Source of the DNA: a virus
Taxonomy: Duplodnaviria; Caudoviricetes
DNA: 62,795 nt
Reading direction: 5' to 3' (one strand)
IMG/VR virus record: IMGVR_UViG_3300027754_000090
Coordinates: 1-62,795 of that record
Shown here: positions 1 to 10,103 of the stretch, one piece after another
Layout of the letters: each line of letters opens with the position of its first letter
Position numbering within the stretch: position 1 is the first letter of the stretch
Notes under the pieces: generated by a model
Databases searched by the model: none
What the model saw: only the letters and a program-made list of their open reading frames with translations
Told to the model about the DNA's origin: nothing
Translations under genes and position numbers: made by a program

Positions 1-1
1 C

Positions 2-2626
2 ACAGGCAATGCCAATGTGGGAAATATTGGTGCTACAAATGCTAATGTAACAGCAATTACTGTCACAGGCAACGCCAATGTGGGTAATATCGGTGCCGGC
101 AATGCAGTGATCACAGGCAATGCCAATGTGGGAAATATTGGTGCTACAGCCGCGGTGATCACAGCCAATGCTACATTTGGTAATATTAACAGTGTCAGTG
201 GTATTTTAAGTGTCAGTGGCAATGCCAACGTGGGTAATTTAGGCGCAGGCAATGCTGTGATATCAGCCAGCACAGTCAGTACTAATACCACCAGCGGAGC
301 ATTAAAGGTTGCAGGTGGGGTGGGTATTACTGGAAATCTCAATGCTGGTACCAGTACCGCCAGTCACATCATAACTGGTAATGTCACCATCACTGGTAAC
401 ATCACAGTGTCGGGTGATCAGACCATTATAGGAACAACCAACACATTTTTTACCGACAATGTTATTGAACTTCACGATCTGGCCAATGGCACTGGTGCAT
501 GGGTCACTGATGACGGGCGCGATATTGGTATTCGTGTACACTACTACAAAGGTAGTGACCAACAAGCGTTCTTTGGCTGGGAAAATGCCAGCCAAAGCTT
601 GGCTTACTACTATCAGGCCACTGAAACCAGTGGTGTCATTAGTGGAAGCTATGGCACATTCAAGGGCAATATATTCAACAGTACAGCCACTGCTGGCACG
701 GCACCCTTTATAGTCAACAGCACCACTCAGGTGGCCAATCTCAACGCAGCATTTTCAGGCACAGTTACCAGTAACTCACAGCCCAATATTACATCAGTTG
801 GTACATTGGGCTCACTGAATGTTACTGGCAATGCCAATGTGGGTAATATCGGTGCAACCAGTATTGTGGGTACATTAACCACAGCAAGTCAAACCAATAT
901 TACATCAGTTGGTACACTGGGCTCACTTAGTGTTACTGGCAATGCTGCTGTGGGTAATATCAGTGCAACCAGTATTGTGGGTACATTAACCACAGCAAGT
1001 CAAACCAATATTACATCAGTTGGTACACTGGGCGCACTCAGTGTTACTGGCAACATCACTGGTGGAAACTTGATTGGAACACACGCTAGTGGCACCAGCA
1101 ACATCACCATCACGTCCAGTGGAAATGTCAGTATTACATCAGCTGGTAACGCCAATGTGCTGGTAGTCACTGGTACTGGTGCTAATATTGCTGGTACATT
1201 AACTGCCACAGGCAATGCCAATGTGGGAAATATTGGTGCAACCAGTATTGTGGGTACATTAACCACAGCAAGTCAAACCAATATTACATCAGTTGGTACA
1301 TTGGGCTCACTCAGTGTCACTGGCAATGCTGCTGTGGGTAATATTAGTACTATCTCGGGTGTTTTTAGTGGAAATGTGGGCATCGGGACGGCAATCCCTA
1401 CTAATTTATTGACAGTCGTTGGAAGTGGTCCCGCGATTAGGGTCACTGGAGCAAATGACACTAGTGCTGCATACACCCAATTCAACACTTCTAACCTTGG
1501 CGGACTTGGATATGTTGGAGTCGAGGGAAGCACGCCTGGTGCCACACTGACGGGTACGTTAGCGTATGCCACCTTCTTATCTGCTGGTTCCAATGGTTCC
1601 GCTTTGCAATTAGGAACTCCGGGCGGAATTAGAGCGACAATTCTAGCCAGCGGCAACGTTGGCATCGGAAATACGTCGCCGGTCAATACACTGAGTGTTA
1701 CTGGTAGCATGTATGTAAGTGGCAACGCCAATGTGGGAAATATTGGTGCAACCAGTATTGTGGGTACATTAACCACAGCAAGTCAACCCAATATTACATC
1801 AGTTGGTACACTGGGCTCACTGAATGTTACTGGCAATGCCAATGTGGGAAATATCGGTGCAACCAGTATTGTGGGTACATTAACCACAGCAAGTCAACCC
1901 AATATTACATCAGTTGGTACACTGGGCTCACTCAGTGTCACTGGCAATGCCAATGTGGGTAATATCGGTGCAACCAGTATTGTGGGTACATTAACCACAG
2001 CAAGTCAAACCAATATTACATCGGTTGGTACACTGGGCTCACTCAGTGTCACTGGCAACGCCAATGTGGGAAATATTGGTGCCGCTGCCGCAGTATTTAC
2101 CAGCACAGCCAGGGTGGGTAATACGCTCACAGTAAACACCGCCAACATAGCCACAGCTATTGCCAATGGAGGCACAGCTGGCACTGGCAACATCGGAGCA
2201 GTAGGCCAAGGGTTTGATACACTGTATGCACGCCAAGCATCCGCTAACTACGCCGATTTGGCTGAGATTTATTCCAGCGATGATGTGTATGAATACGGCA
2301 CCGTGGTGGTATTTGGTGGTGATCAGGAAATCACCATCAGCACTGTGAGCCATGACAGCCGAGTGGCCGGCGTAATCAGCCAACAGCCAGCGTTCCTGAT
2401 GAATGACACAGCCAGTGGACTGCCAGTGGCACTGACTGGCCGCGTGCCCTGCCGTGTGCTGGGACCAGTTACCAAAGGCGCGCTGCTGACCAGCAGCAAT
2501 ATTGCTGGTGTGGCCATGGTGATGACTGCTGATCAGTATGTACCAGGCTGTGTGCTTGGCAAGAGCTTGGAAAACAATCACAACGGCGGTACACTGATTA
2601 TCGAAGCTGTGATCGGCCGTATGTAA
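2..2626 (+). CDS. Long tail fibre / virion adhesin, 5'-truncated, with C-terminal autocleavage-chaperone-like domain
   Basis: Open frame runs in from the window edge. Gly/Asn/Thr-rich repeats (TGNANVGNIG, GNVGIG) and a C-terminal ANYADLAE...G.VP.RV motif typical of phage fibre chaperone domains. Confidence 0.8.
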   Translation, partial: TGNANVGNIGATNANVTAITVTGNANVGNIGAGNAVITGNANVGNIGATAAVITANATFGNINSVSGILSVSGNANVGNLGAGNAVISASTVSTNTTSGALKVAGGVGITGNLNAGTSTASHIITGNVTITGNITVSGDQTIIGTTNTFFTDNVIELHDLANGTGAWVTDDGRDIGIRVHYYKGSDQQAFFGWENASQSLAYYYQATETSGVISGSYGTFKGNIFNSTATAGTAPFIVNSTTQVANLNAAFSGTVTSNSQPNITSVGTLGSLNVTGNANVGNIGATSIVGTLTTASQTNITSVGTLGSLSVTGNAAVGNISATSIVGTLTTASQTNITSVGTLGALSVTGNITGGNLIGTHASGTSNITITSSGNVSITSAGNANVLVVTGTGANIAGTLTATGNANVGNIGATSIVGTLTTASQTNITSVGTLGSLSVTGNAAVGNISTISGVFSGNVGIGTAIPTNLLTVVGSGPAIRVTGANDTSAAYTQFNTSNLGGLGYVGVEGSTPGATLTGTLAYATFLSAGSNGSALQLGTPGGIRATILASGNVGIGNTSPVNTLSVTGSMYVSGNANVGNIGATSIVGTLTTASQPNITSVGTLGSLNVTGNANVGNIGATSIVGTLTTASQPNITSVGTLGSLSVTGNANVGNIGATSIVGTLTTASQTNITSVGTLGSLSVTGNANVGNIGAAAAVFTSTARVGNTLTVNTANIATAIANGGTAGTGNIGAVGQGFDTLYARQASANYADLAEIYSSDDVYEYGTVVVFGGDQEITISTVSHDSRVAGVISQQPAFLMNDTASGLPVALTGRVPCRVLGPVTKGALLTSSNIAGVAMVMTADQYVPGCVLGKSLENNHNGGTLIIEAVIGRM
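780..2080 (+). repeat. Intragenic 111-bp (37-aa) repeats in the tail fibre gene
   Basis: Unit TGNANVGNIGATSIVGTLTTASQ(T/P)NITSVGTLGSL(S/N)V recurs, e.g. starting at 1721 and 1832 (111 bp apart). Confidence 0.9.
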
Positions 2627-2700
2627 ATAATACTCAGCAGTGTGTCTCCAGGCTAACTAGTAGTGGGCTGCAACGCCCACTACACAAGGAGACACACCAA

Positions 2701-2928
2701 ATGAGTAAGACCCCCTACGAAATCAGACTAGAATTGCTGAAGTTGGCCACAGAAATTCTTACCAACCCAGTATACCAGAAAAGAGACCAGTTGCGTGATC
2801 AGTATAATGTATCACTGGCACTGGATAAAGAAAATCCCCCGGATTACCCAGAGCTGCCGGAATTTCCCACAACAGAAGCCATAATTACTGAAGCTAATAA
2901 ACTCAATAGCTTTGTCAGTAACGGGTAA
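2701..2928 (+). CDS. Conserved phage hypothetical protein (MSKTPYEIRLELLK)
   Basis: 75-aa ORF with AAGGAG RBS, downstream of TAAATA and a hairpin. Confidence 0.7.
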   Translation: MSKTPYEIRLELLKLATEILTNPVYQKRDQLRDQYNVSLALDKENPPDYPELPEFPTTEAIITEANKLNSFVSNG

Positions 2929-2946
2929 TTATGCTATACTAGTGTT

Positions 2947-3906
2947 GTGCATAGCATAATCATCCAAACTTTGTTGGATAACCTGCCAGCTCACCGACCC
3001 AGTGTCAGTGGCTGGCAGAGCTTCAATGCCCCTTGCTGTGATCATCGTGGTCACAATCATGATCGTCGCAAGCGCGGCGGAGTTAAGCTGACTCCCACTG
3101 GAGTGGTATACAATTGTTTCAATTGCCACTACACCACGGGTTACACTGTGGGCAGTGGCTTTGGAATTAAGTTTAGACGGCTGCTGATCTGGTTGGGAGT
3201 ATCAGCAACTGAAGTCAATGCACTGAAGATCCATGCGCTTAGAGAGCGTGAATTGTATGCAGAACCTGACACTGAGCCAGCGCCCATACTGGAAATTGTT
3301 CCTCGTGACTTACCAGATCACAGTGTGTTGCTGGATCAACATCAGCATCCAGAATACTGGAAATATTTGCAGAATCGTGGGCTAGACCCAGCTGGTTACA
3401 GTTACTTTGTCAGCACTGAATTAGCTCGCAGAGTGATTGTGCCATTTACTTTTCAGGATAACCTGGTGGGATACACTGCTCGTGGTATTGGCGCACAACG
3501 ACCCAAGTATCTACAGAGTCTGGCCATGCCCTATATATTCGGAGCTGATCTGCAACATCGTGACTGGACCTGGTGCCCAGTGATGGAGGGAGTATTTGAT
3601 GCACTCAGTGTGGGTGGGTGTGCTACCCTGGGTAATGAAGTCAGTGAAGCACAGGCCGAACAACTGGATGCACTGGATCGCACTGTGGTGATAGTTCCAG
3701 ACCAGGATCGTGCTGGCGATGAATTAGTGCAAGCAGCTATTGATTACGGCTGGAGTGTCAGCTGGTGTGATTGGCCAGCTGGAATCAAAGATGTTAATGA
3801 TGCAGTGGTGCATTACGGCGCGCTGTTTGTTACTCGGCATATCTGGGCCAGCCGGGTCACAGGTACCACACAGATTAAACTACGGCGTAAACTGAGGAAA
3901 CACTAA
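2947..3906 (+). CDS. DNA primase (T4 gp61-like, Zn finger plus TOPRIM)
   Basis: CC...H...CFNC zinc motif, EGVFDA, PDQDRAG and KDVND TOPRIM motifs. Confidence 0.9.
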   Translation: MHSIIIQTLLDNLPAHRPSVSGWQSFNAPCCDHRGHNHDRRKRGGVKLTPTGVVYNCFNCHYTTGYTVGSGFGIKFRRLLIWLGVSATEVNALKIHALRERELYAEPDTEPAPILEIVPRDLPDHSVLLDQHQHPEYWKYLQNRGLDPAGYSYFVSTELARRVIVPFTFQDNLVGYTARGIGAQRPKYLQSLAMPYIFGADLQHRDWTWCPVMEGVFDALSVGGCATLGNEVSEAQAEQLDALDRTVVIVPDQDRAGDELVQAAIDYGWSVSWCDWPAGIKDVNDAVVHYGALFVTRHIWASRVTGTTQIKLRRKLRKH

Positions 3907-3909
3907 CTA

Positions 3910-5316
3910 ATGAGCATGGAATACACTGCTGACGTTCAGAAATTATTCCTGGAATTTATTCTACAGGATCCTGAGTTGTACACCAGAGTCAGCAACATCT
4001 ACAATGCTGAAAACTTTGATCGCAGTCTGAAAAAAGCCGCCAAGTTTATCAGTGAACATGCCGCTCAACACGGTACCCTGCCAGATCGTACACAGTTACA
4101 AGCTGTCAGCGGCACGGATCTCAAGTCCATTGACAGCATCAACTCTGGACATTGTGACTGGTTTCTACAAGAGTTCGAACAGTTTACTCGCAGACAGGAA
4201 CTGGAACGAGCTATTCTACAAGCCGCAGATCTGCTGGAAAAAGGTGACTATGATCCAGTGGAAAAGCTGATCAAGGATGCGGTGCAGATCAGCTTGACCA
4301 AGGACATGGGTACTGACTACTTTGCTGATCCCAGAGCTCGACTGCTGCGACTCAAGAACAATAACGGACAGATCAGCACTGGCTGGTTGAATCTGGATCG
4401 CAAACTGTATGGCGGATTTAATCGCGGTGAATTGCAGATTTTTTGCGGAGGTTCAGGCAGTGGGAAAAGTCTGTTCATGCAAAATCTGGGTTGTAACTGG
4501 TCTGCAATGCGGTTGCATGGTGTATATATTACGCTGGAACTCAGTGAAGATCTGTGTGCTATGCGTGTGGACAGTATGCTCACTGGCCGACCCACTAAAG
4601 AAATATATCACAATCTGGATGATGTGGAACTACAGGTGCGTGTGCTGGGTAAGAAAAGTGGCAGCTTCTTTATCAAATATCTACCAGCACAGAGCACAGT
4701 GAATGATATTCGCAGCTATGTGAAAGAATTACAGATTCGCTCAGGTGTACAGATTGATTTCCTGTGCGTGGATTATCTGGATTTGCTGATGCCAGTGAGT
4801 GCCAAGGTCAGTCCCAATGACTTGTTTGTCAAGGACAAATATGTCAGTGAAGAATTGAGAAATCTGGCCAAAGAACTCAATGTACTTTTCGTTACTGCTT
4901 CACAATTAAACAGGTCAGCAGTGGAAGAGGTCGAGTTTGACCACAGCCATATCAGTGGTGGTATCAGTAAGATAAATACAGCAGATAATGTATTTGGTAT
5001 TTTCACCAGCAGGGCCATGCGTGAACGCGGAAAGTATCAGTTGCAATTGATGAAGACTCGCAGCAGCAGCGGAGTGGGGCAGAAAGTGGATCTGGACTTT
5101 GATGTCAACAGTTTGAGAATTACTGACAGCGATGAACAGACCCCAGACGCACCTTATTCACCAGCTACCACAGGCATATTGAATCAGCTGAAGACCACCA
5201 GTACAGTGGTCTCCCGGGACTCAGTGGGTAATAACCTAAACTCAGTCAGGGCAGATGTACAGGGCAGCAAGATAAAAAGCATGTTGGCAGGGTTGAAAAG
5301 GAAAGCAGATGAGTAG
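3910..5316 (+). CDS. Replicative DNA helicase (DnaB / T4 gp41-like)
   Basis: Walker A GGSGSGKS, VDYLDL, TASQLNR; follows the primase. Confidence 0.93.
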   Translation: MSMEYTADVQKLFLEFILQDPELYTRVSNIYNAENFDRSLKKAAKFISEHAAQHGTLPDRTQLQAVSGTDLKSIDSINSGHCDWFLQEFEQFTRRQELERAILQAADLLEKGDYDPVEKLIKDAVQISLTKDMGTDYFADPRARLLRLKNNNGQISTGWLNLDRKLYGGFNRGELQIFCGGSGSGKSLFMQNLGCNWSAMRLHGVYITLELSEDLCAMRVDSMLTGRPTKEIYHNLDDVELQVRVLGKKSGSFFIKYLPAQSTVNDIRSYVKELQIRSGVQIDFLCVDYLDLLMPVSAKVSPNDLFVKDKYVSEELRNLAKELNVLFVTASQLNRSAVEEVEFDHSHISGGISKINTADNVFGIFTSRAMRERGKYQLQLMKTRSSSGVGQKVDLDFDVNSLRITDSDEQTPDAPYSPATTGILNQLKTTSTVVSRDSVGNNLNSVRADVQGSKIKSMLAGLKRKADE

Positions 5317-7048
5317 CATTGACGATCTGAAAACATTTATAATCACCCATGCATTAGACCCTGCTGGCGAGTGGGTACATCGTACCCATACTCAGTCGTG
5401 GTGGACTGAGCACGCTGCTGTGGATAAATTAGATCAGATATTCTTACTCACTGCATTTATTACTGGTAAAGCCATACGGCGCAGATGTTGGCATATACAG
5501 CATGAATGCTGGCAGGTCCCAGTGTGTGCTGAGTGCAGACTCAACTCAGTAAAGTGGCATTTATCCACTGGATCATACAGTGAATGCTGTAGCTCAGTGT
5601 GCGCCGCAAATCATTCATCACACAAACGACAGCAGACCTGCCAGGCACGCTATGGCGCAGATAACCCCAGCAAAGTGCAGCAGTTTGTTGACAAAATTGC
5701 TCATACCACACAACAACGTTATGGTGTGTCAAATTATTCCTTGACTGCAGAGTTTCAGCAAGGCCAACGAGACAAATGGGCTAACTATTCTCAGCAACAA
5801 CTTCAGGAAATCAGAGAAAAGACTCAGGACACCTGTGTATTGAAATACGGTGCAAATTCTCCGTTGGAATCTAGTGAGATTCGTCAGAAGATTCACCAGA
5901 CTATGCTGGATCGTCATGGAGTTAAATCACCATTGCAAAATCCAGATATTCTTCGCAAACAACAGGATACTATGCTGGCGAAATTTGGCCGAGTGAGTTT
6001 CCAGCAGCAACACCTCTCCCCAGAATTTATTACCAATCTGGCTGATCCTGCTTGGTTAGCTGAACAACTGCAATCACAAAGTCTCAGAGAAATAGCTGAT
6101 CATAACAATTTTTCATATTCCAACATTTGCAAAGTTGCGAAAAATCACGGGTTAACCGTTCCACAGGAGAGTGATTGGGAAAGGTCAGTGGTTAACTGGA
6201 TCAGAAGTTTGGGTATCGAGGTGGAAACCCACAAAAAAATCTCTGGGAAAAAAGAAGTTGACATATATTTGCCTCAGCATCAGATAGCGATTGAGTGTGA
6301 TGGAATATACTGGCACAGTGAGCATCGAGGCAGAAAAAACTCAGCCTATCATCTCAACAAAACTGTGGCCTGTGCTGATCAAGATATCAAACTGATACAC
6401 TTGTTTGATAGTGAGTGGTACAGCAAAAATCACATCGTGAAAAGTCGAATATCCACTATGGTGGGACAAGCATTGCACAGAGTTGCCGCAAGGAAAACTC
6501 GGGTAACTAGGTTAACTAGCCAGCAGTCCAGAGAATTTTTCGAAGCAAATCATATTCAAGGCAATGTGAATAGTAGCTATTGCTGGGGATTGGTTGACCA
6601 TACTGATAATGTGGTTGCAGCCATGTCCTGGGGCAAAGCCAGATATAATTCCAATTATCAATGGGAAATGTTGCGATTATGTAATTCACAGAATACCGTG
6701 GTGGTGGGTGGAGCCAGCCGCATGTTTGTGAGTTTCGTCAAAGAGATGAATCCAGTGTCAATAATCAGCTATGCAGATCGTCGCTGGAACAGTGGCAAAG
6801 TTTATGCCAAGCTGGGGTTTACCTTTGTGAAAAATACTCCGCCGGGCTACTTCTACACTCAGGATTATCAAACTTTGGAAAATCGTGTAAAATATCAGAA
6901 ACACAAATTAGTCACAGTGTTGGAACACTTTTCCGCAGATCGTACTGAATGGCAGAATATGCTGGCCGCTGGCTGGGATCGAATTTGGGATGTGGGACAA
7001 GCTGTTTGGGCTTGGAAAAGTATGCCAGTCCTAACCAAAACAGAATAA
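5309..7048 (+). CDS. Putative free-standing homing endonuclease (repeat N-terminus, PD-(D/E)xK-type IECDGIYWH domain)
   Basis: YG..NP repeats, EVDIYLP...IAIECDGIYWH, C-terminal ISYADRRW domain; sits directly after the helicase. Confidence 0.7.
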   Translation: MSSIDDLKTFIITHALDPAGEWVHRTHTQSWWTEHAAVDKLDQIFLLTAFITGKAIRRRCWHIQHECWQVPVCAECRLNSVKWHLSTGSYSECCSSVCAANHSSHKRQQTCQARYGADNPSKVQQFVDKIAHTTQQRYGVSNYSLTAEFQQGQRDKWANYSQQQLQEIREKTQDTCVLKYGANSPLESSEIRQKIHQTMLDRHGVKSPLQNPDILRKQQDTMLAKFGRVSFQQQHLSPEFITNLADPAWLAEQLQSQSLREIADHNNFSYSNICKVAKNHGLTVPQESDWERSVVNWIRSLGIEVETHKKISGKKEVDIYLPQHQIAIECDGIYWHSEHRGRKNSAYHLNKTVACADQDIKLIHLFDSEWYSKNHIVKSRISTMVGQALHRVAARKTRVTRLTSQQSREFFEANHIQGNVNSSYCWGLVDHTDNVVAAMSWGKARYNSNYQWEMLRLCNSQNTVVVGGASRMFVSFVKEMNPVSIISYADRRWNSGKVYAKLGFTFVKNTPPGYFYTQDYQTLENRVKYQKHKLVTVLEHFSADRTEWQNMLAAGWDRIWDVGQAVWAWKSMPVLTKTE

Positions 7049-7077
7049 TCATCGAGCGGCTGTGCTATAATAGCAGT

Positions 7078-7437
7078 ATGGATACCGCTGAGCCAGAAAC
7101 TGGACATCTGATGTTGATCATGTGGGATATGTATGGTGTAGAAGCAGTAATTGATGTCACAGCCCAACTGCAAAATCAGTTGTTTGACATGATTCGCGAA
7201 AGTGATCATTTTAATCAGTGGCTCAATCATACCATCAACTACCTGACACTCAGAGCTCGCGCCAACAGCCAGCGTAACTATGAAGTATTCAGCATCTGGG
7301 TTGATGAGAGTATTGATGCTGATACACTGCGGGCTGAGTTCACCTCCAGTCCACAGCTCATGGCTGATCTAGTGAGGAGTCGCGGTAATCGTATATTTGG
7401 ATCAGCCAATCCATCCCACCGTCAGGTCATCTCCTAG
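7078..7437 (+). CDS. Hypothetical protein (leaderless; start revised from 6949)
   Basis: TATAAT at 7066-7071 lies 6 nt before an in-frame ATG at 7078. Confidence 0.65.
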   Translation: MDTAEPETGHLMLIMWDMYGVEAVIDVTAQLQNQLFDMIRESDHFNQWLNHTINYLTLRARANSQRNYEVFSIWVDESIDADTLRAEFTSSPQLMADLVRSRGNRIFGSANPSHRQVIS

Positions 7438-7490
7438 ACCAGTTTCTGATATTTCGGCAGCGCGGCCATAAATATCAGAAAGGTGAACAC

Positions 7491-7730
7491 TTGAAATCTG
7501 TTACCAGAACCATACTTGACGAGCTAACCAACGGGTTACCTGAGCATAACCGCAATCTGTTGGTGGAAAGTCGCGGTAATCATATCATCACAGGTGCTAT
7601 AAATCTGCTGGCCAGCATCAAAGAAAACTATGGTGATGCTGTGGCTGATGAAATGGAACGCAGATTGATCAACAGCATTCGTGGTCGTGACACTCAGAAA
7701 TTTGCTCGTGCTGCTAGGAGATTATCATGA
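7491..7730 (+). CDS. Conserved phage hypothetical protein
   Basis: AAGGTG RBS, TAAATA upstream, overlaps the next start. Confidence 0.65.
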   Translation: MKSVTRTILDELTNGLPEHNRNLLVESRGNHIITGAINLLASIKENYGDAVADEMERRLINSIRGRDTQKFARAARRLS

Positions 7731-8698
7731 GAAGTAGTGAATTTATAAATGAAGGATTTGTGGATGCGGTCAAAGGTGTAGTTAGGGCAGCCAAAGCCCC
7801 AGTGGGAATCGGAAGTAGACTAACGCAATGGGCTGGATCTAAATTACCCGGTGGCGCTGGGGCCAACGCCACCGGCCAGCGTGAAACATCTCAGTCAGTG
7901 AATAATGCTAAAAAAGCCGTGATGCAATTCGCTGGTAGAATAGGCAAGAAAATCACTGAACTTACTCCTGATGATGTTCGTAACAGCCAGTTGGTGGGTA
8001 CCAATAGTGACAAGACCTGGGACGAAGCAGTGAAAGCATTGAAGTTAGATCCCGCAATGCCTTTTGGATCACCACTAACAACAGCACCACCACCAGCACC
8101 ACCAGCACCACCAGCACCACCACTTCCTCCAGGAGACACGCCGGCCGATCCAGTGGAGTTGGCTGAAGACGATGCACCAGCACCACCAGCACCACCAGCA
8201 CCACCACCAAATCCTGGCAATGCAGACAAGCAGTTGAATGCCTTGTTGCTGAAGTACACTCAGTTGGTTCAGAAATATGCGGGCACTGATCACAATCAGA
8301 AAACTCCGGTTGATTTGCAGCATTTTGTAATTACTAGTACTAAAGAACAGGCTAAAGCACTAGTGGACTCCCTGACAAATAACACTGCACTGACCGATAA
8401 GGTCATGGCTGCGTATCTGCTGGAACTTAAAAAAATGCAACTGGTCAACGCGACGCAATATGAAACATATATCGCGGCGTTAAGAAAACAAGCAGGTTTA
8501 CCACTGGCCCGGCCGCCGGTTGCCCCTCGCAAACCCGACCCCACCCCGCCCGCCAATCGCCAGGGCCGTCGTGGCCGTCGTGGCCGTCGTGGCCGCACCG
8601 CCGCCGCCGCCCTCGCCGAATCCCGTTGGGGCGCCGCCCGCCGCCCAGTCGAAGAAAATCTCAGAGCAAAGTACACTGAATTTCTGCGTGAATCCTGA
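7727..8698 (+). CDS. Pro/Arg-rich protein, candidate internal head protein
   Basis: N-terminus MRSSEFINE resembles T4 capsid-targeting sequences; PPAPPAPP and GRRGRRGRR tracts. Confidence 0.55.
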   Translation: MRSSEFINEGFVDAVKGVVRAAKAPVGIGSRLTQWAGSKLPGGAGANATGQRETSQSVNNAKKAVMQFAGRIGKKITELTPDDVRNSQLVGTNSDKTWDEAVKALKLDPAMPFGSPLTTAPPPAPPAPPAPPLPPGDTPADPVELAEDDAPAPPAPPAPPPNPGNADKQLNALLLKYTQLVQKYAGTDHNQKTPVDLQHFVITSTKEQAKALVDSLTNNTALTDKVMAAYLLELKKMQLVNATQYETYIAALRKQAGLPLARPPVAPRKPDPTPPANRQGRRGRRGRRGRTAAAALAESRWGAARRPVEENLRAKYTEFLRES

Positions 8699-8803
8699 CC
8701 AAAGAAAAAACGTTCTGCGGTGCGCAGAAAGAAAAAGTAACTATGGTATTTTGACGTCAAATGCTAAATAACAGTAAGCGTTAAGCTAAAGGAGATTAAT
8801 ATT

Positions 8804-9163
8804 ATGCCCGGATTTACAAGAGTAAACGGAAGCGCACAGCCAGGATCAGTATACGGACTGAGTCCTCGGTACCTCAAAATCGATACTGGTAATGTCGCAG
8901 TTGCCACTGGATATACCGCAACAAACAGCAACTTTGAAAAGGCAGTATTTGCTGTCGCTTCAGAAGCCAGCATTGTTACCCTGGGAACCCCCAGCGCCAA
9001 TATTTTTGTTGTGCAGATTGACAACAGCTATGGCGCAGCCGTAGGTACAAGTGGCGGTACCAGCGCCATGGCACTGAGCATCAAGACTGGCCTCAATGCA
9101 AATGTAGTGACCATCACTGAAAGCACTGGATTTGTTGGTGGTGCGATCAACACATTTGCGTAA
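8804..9163 (+). CDS. Small putative virion protein
   Basis: GCTAAATA late promoter, AAGGAG RBS, terminator downstream. Confidence 0.65.
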   Translation: MPGFTRVNGSAQPGSVYGLSPRYLKIDTGNVAVATGYTATNSNFEKAVFAVASEASIVTLGTPSANIFVVQIDNSYGAAVGTSGGTSAMALSIKTGLNANVVTITESTGFVGGAINTFA

Positions 9164-9187
9164 ACAATCAGCAGTGAATTAAAAACA

Positions 9188-9217
9188 GGGCCCATCTTAA
9201 TGATGGGTCCTTTTTTT
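9188..9217 (+). terminator. Intrinsic terminator
   Basis: GGGCCCATC-ttaat-GATGGGTCC followed by T7. Confidence 0.85.
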
Positions 9218-9233
9218 GCAGCTAAATATCTCA

Positions 9234-9788
9234 GTGAAACAACAAGTGATAACCCTGAACCAACACAGTATGTTGGCTGAGTCAGAAGTGATCACAGTGT
9301 ATACACTGTTTGATATCACCCACACTGGAGTATTAAAGATGTATGACTCCAGAGTAACGGAATTTGTGGATCAAGCGGGTCAGATTGTGCGTGACCGTAT
9401 CCAATGGTGTCGCAGTAGAAATCAGCAGAGAAACTGGGAGATTTTGGTGCAGCTAATCAGTTTACGAACTCAACCCACCATGTTAGCCAATCCTGAACTT
9501 CTGATCAATGCTGATTTGTCCAGTCTGGGATTGGGCGCTGGCTTTGCCTCCCCTCAAACAGTATGGTGTGCCAGTTTTTCCACTGAACATGCCCAGGTAT
9601 ACAGTACCAGTGACGACTATCTGGGCCAACTACGCGCCGAATGTCGCTTGGTACCCATGATCACTGGATTAACTGAAACTGCACAGATGTCCGATAGTTA
9701 TATTGAAACCCAGGGCGAATTTATCAATACTAGTTTTATTGTGTCTCAACCAATAACCGCTCAGCCGGCAACACCAAGGAGACAGTGA
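9234..9788 (+). CDS. Hypothetical protein (RNQQRNWE family)
   Basis: TAAATA-N5-GTG start; long ORF in the late operon. Confidence 0.6.
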   Translation: MKQQVITLNQHSMLAESEVITVYTLFDITHTGVLKMYDSRVTEFVDQAGQIVRDRIQWCRSRNQQRNWEILVQLISLRTQPTMLANPELLINADLSSLGLGAGFASPQTVWCASFSTEHAQVYSTSDDYLGQLRAECRLVPMITGLTETAQMSDSYIETQGEFINTSFIVSQPITAQPATPRRQ

Positions 9789-10060
9789 TGGTAACCACGG
9801 AAATTGAAAAAAACAATCTAGAAGCTCATACTGAATTATGTGCTGAGCGATATGATAATCTCCAGATCCAGTTATCCGCGATAGACAATCGCATGGACAG
9901 TATGGAGATTGCCATTGGTGATCTCAAGCAGATATTATGGGATATCAAGGACGCTAATCACAATCAACTAGTAGGCTGGGGCATGGGGCTAATAGTCACA
10001 CTGCTGGGCGCAATAGGAGTGTTGGCATTCTACATCATAACCAACGGTAAAACCGGATAA
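9785..10060 (+). CDS. Coiled-coil protein with C-terminal TM helix (holin/XhlA-like)
   Basis: LEAHTELCAERY coiled coil plus hydrophobic C-terminal helix. Confidence 0.55.
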   Translation: MMVTTEIEKNNLEAHTELCAERYDNLQIQLSAIDNRMDSMEIAIGDLKQILWDIKDANHNQLVGWGMGLIVTLLGAIGVLAFYIITNGKTG

Positions 10061-10103
10061 ATTTGTCACCAAAAGCTAAATACCAACAACAGGACCCATA
10101 CAA

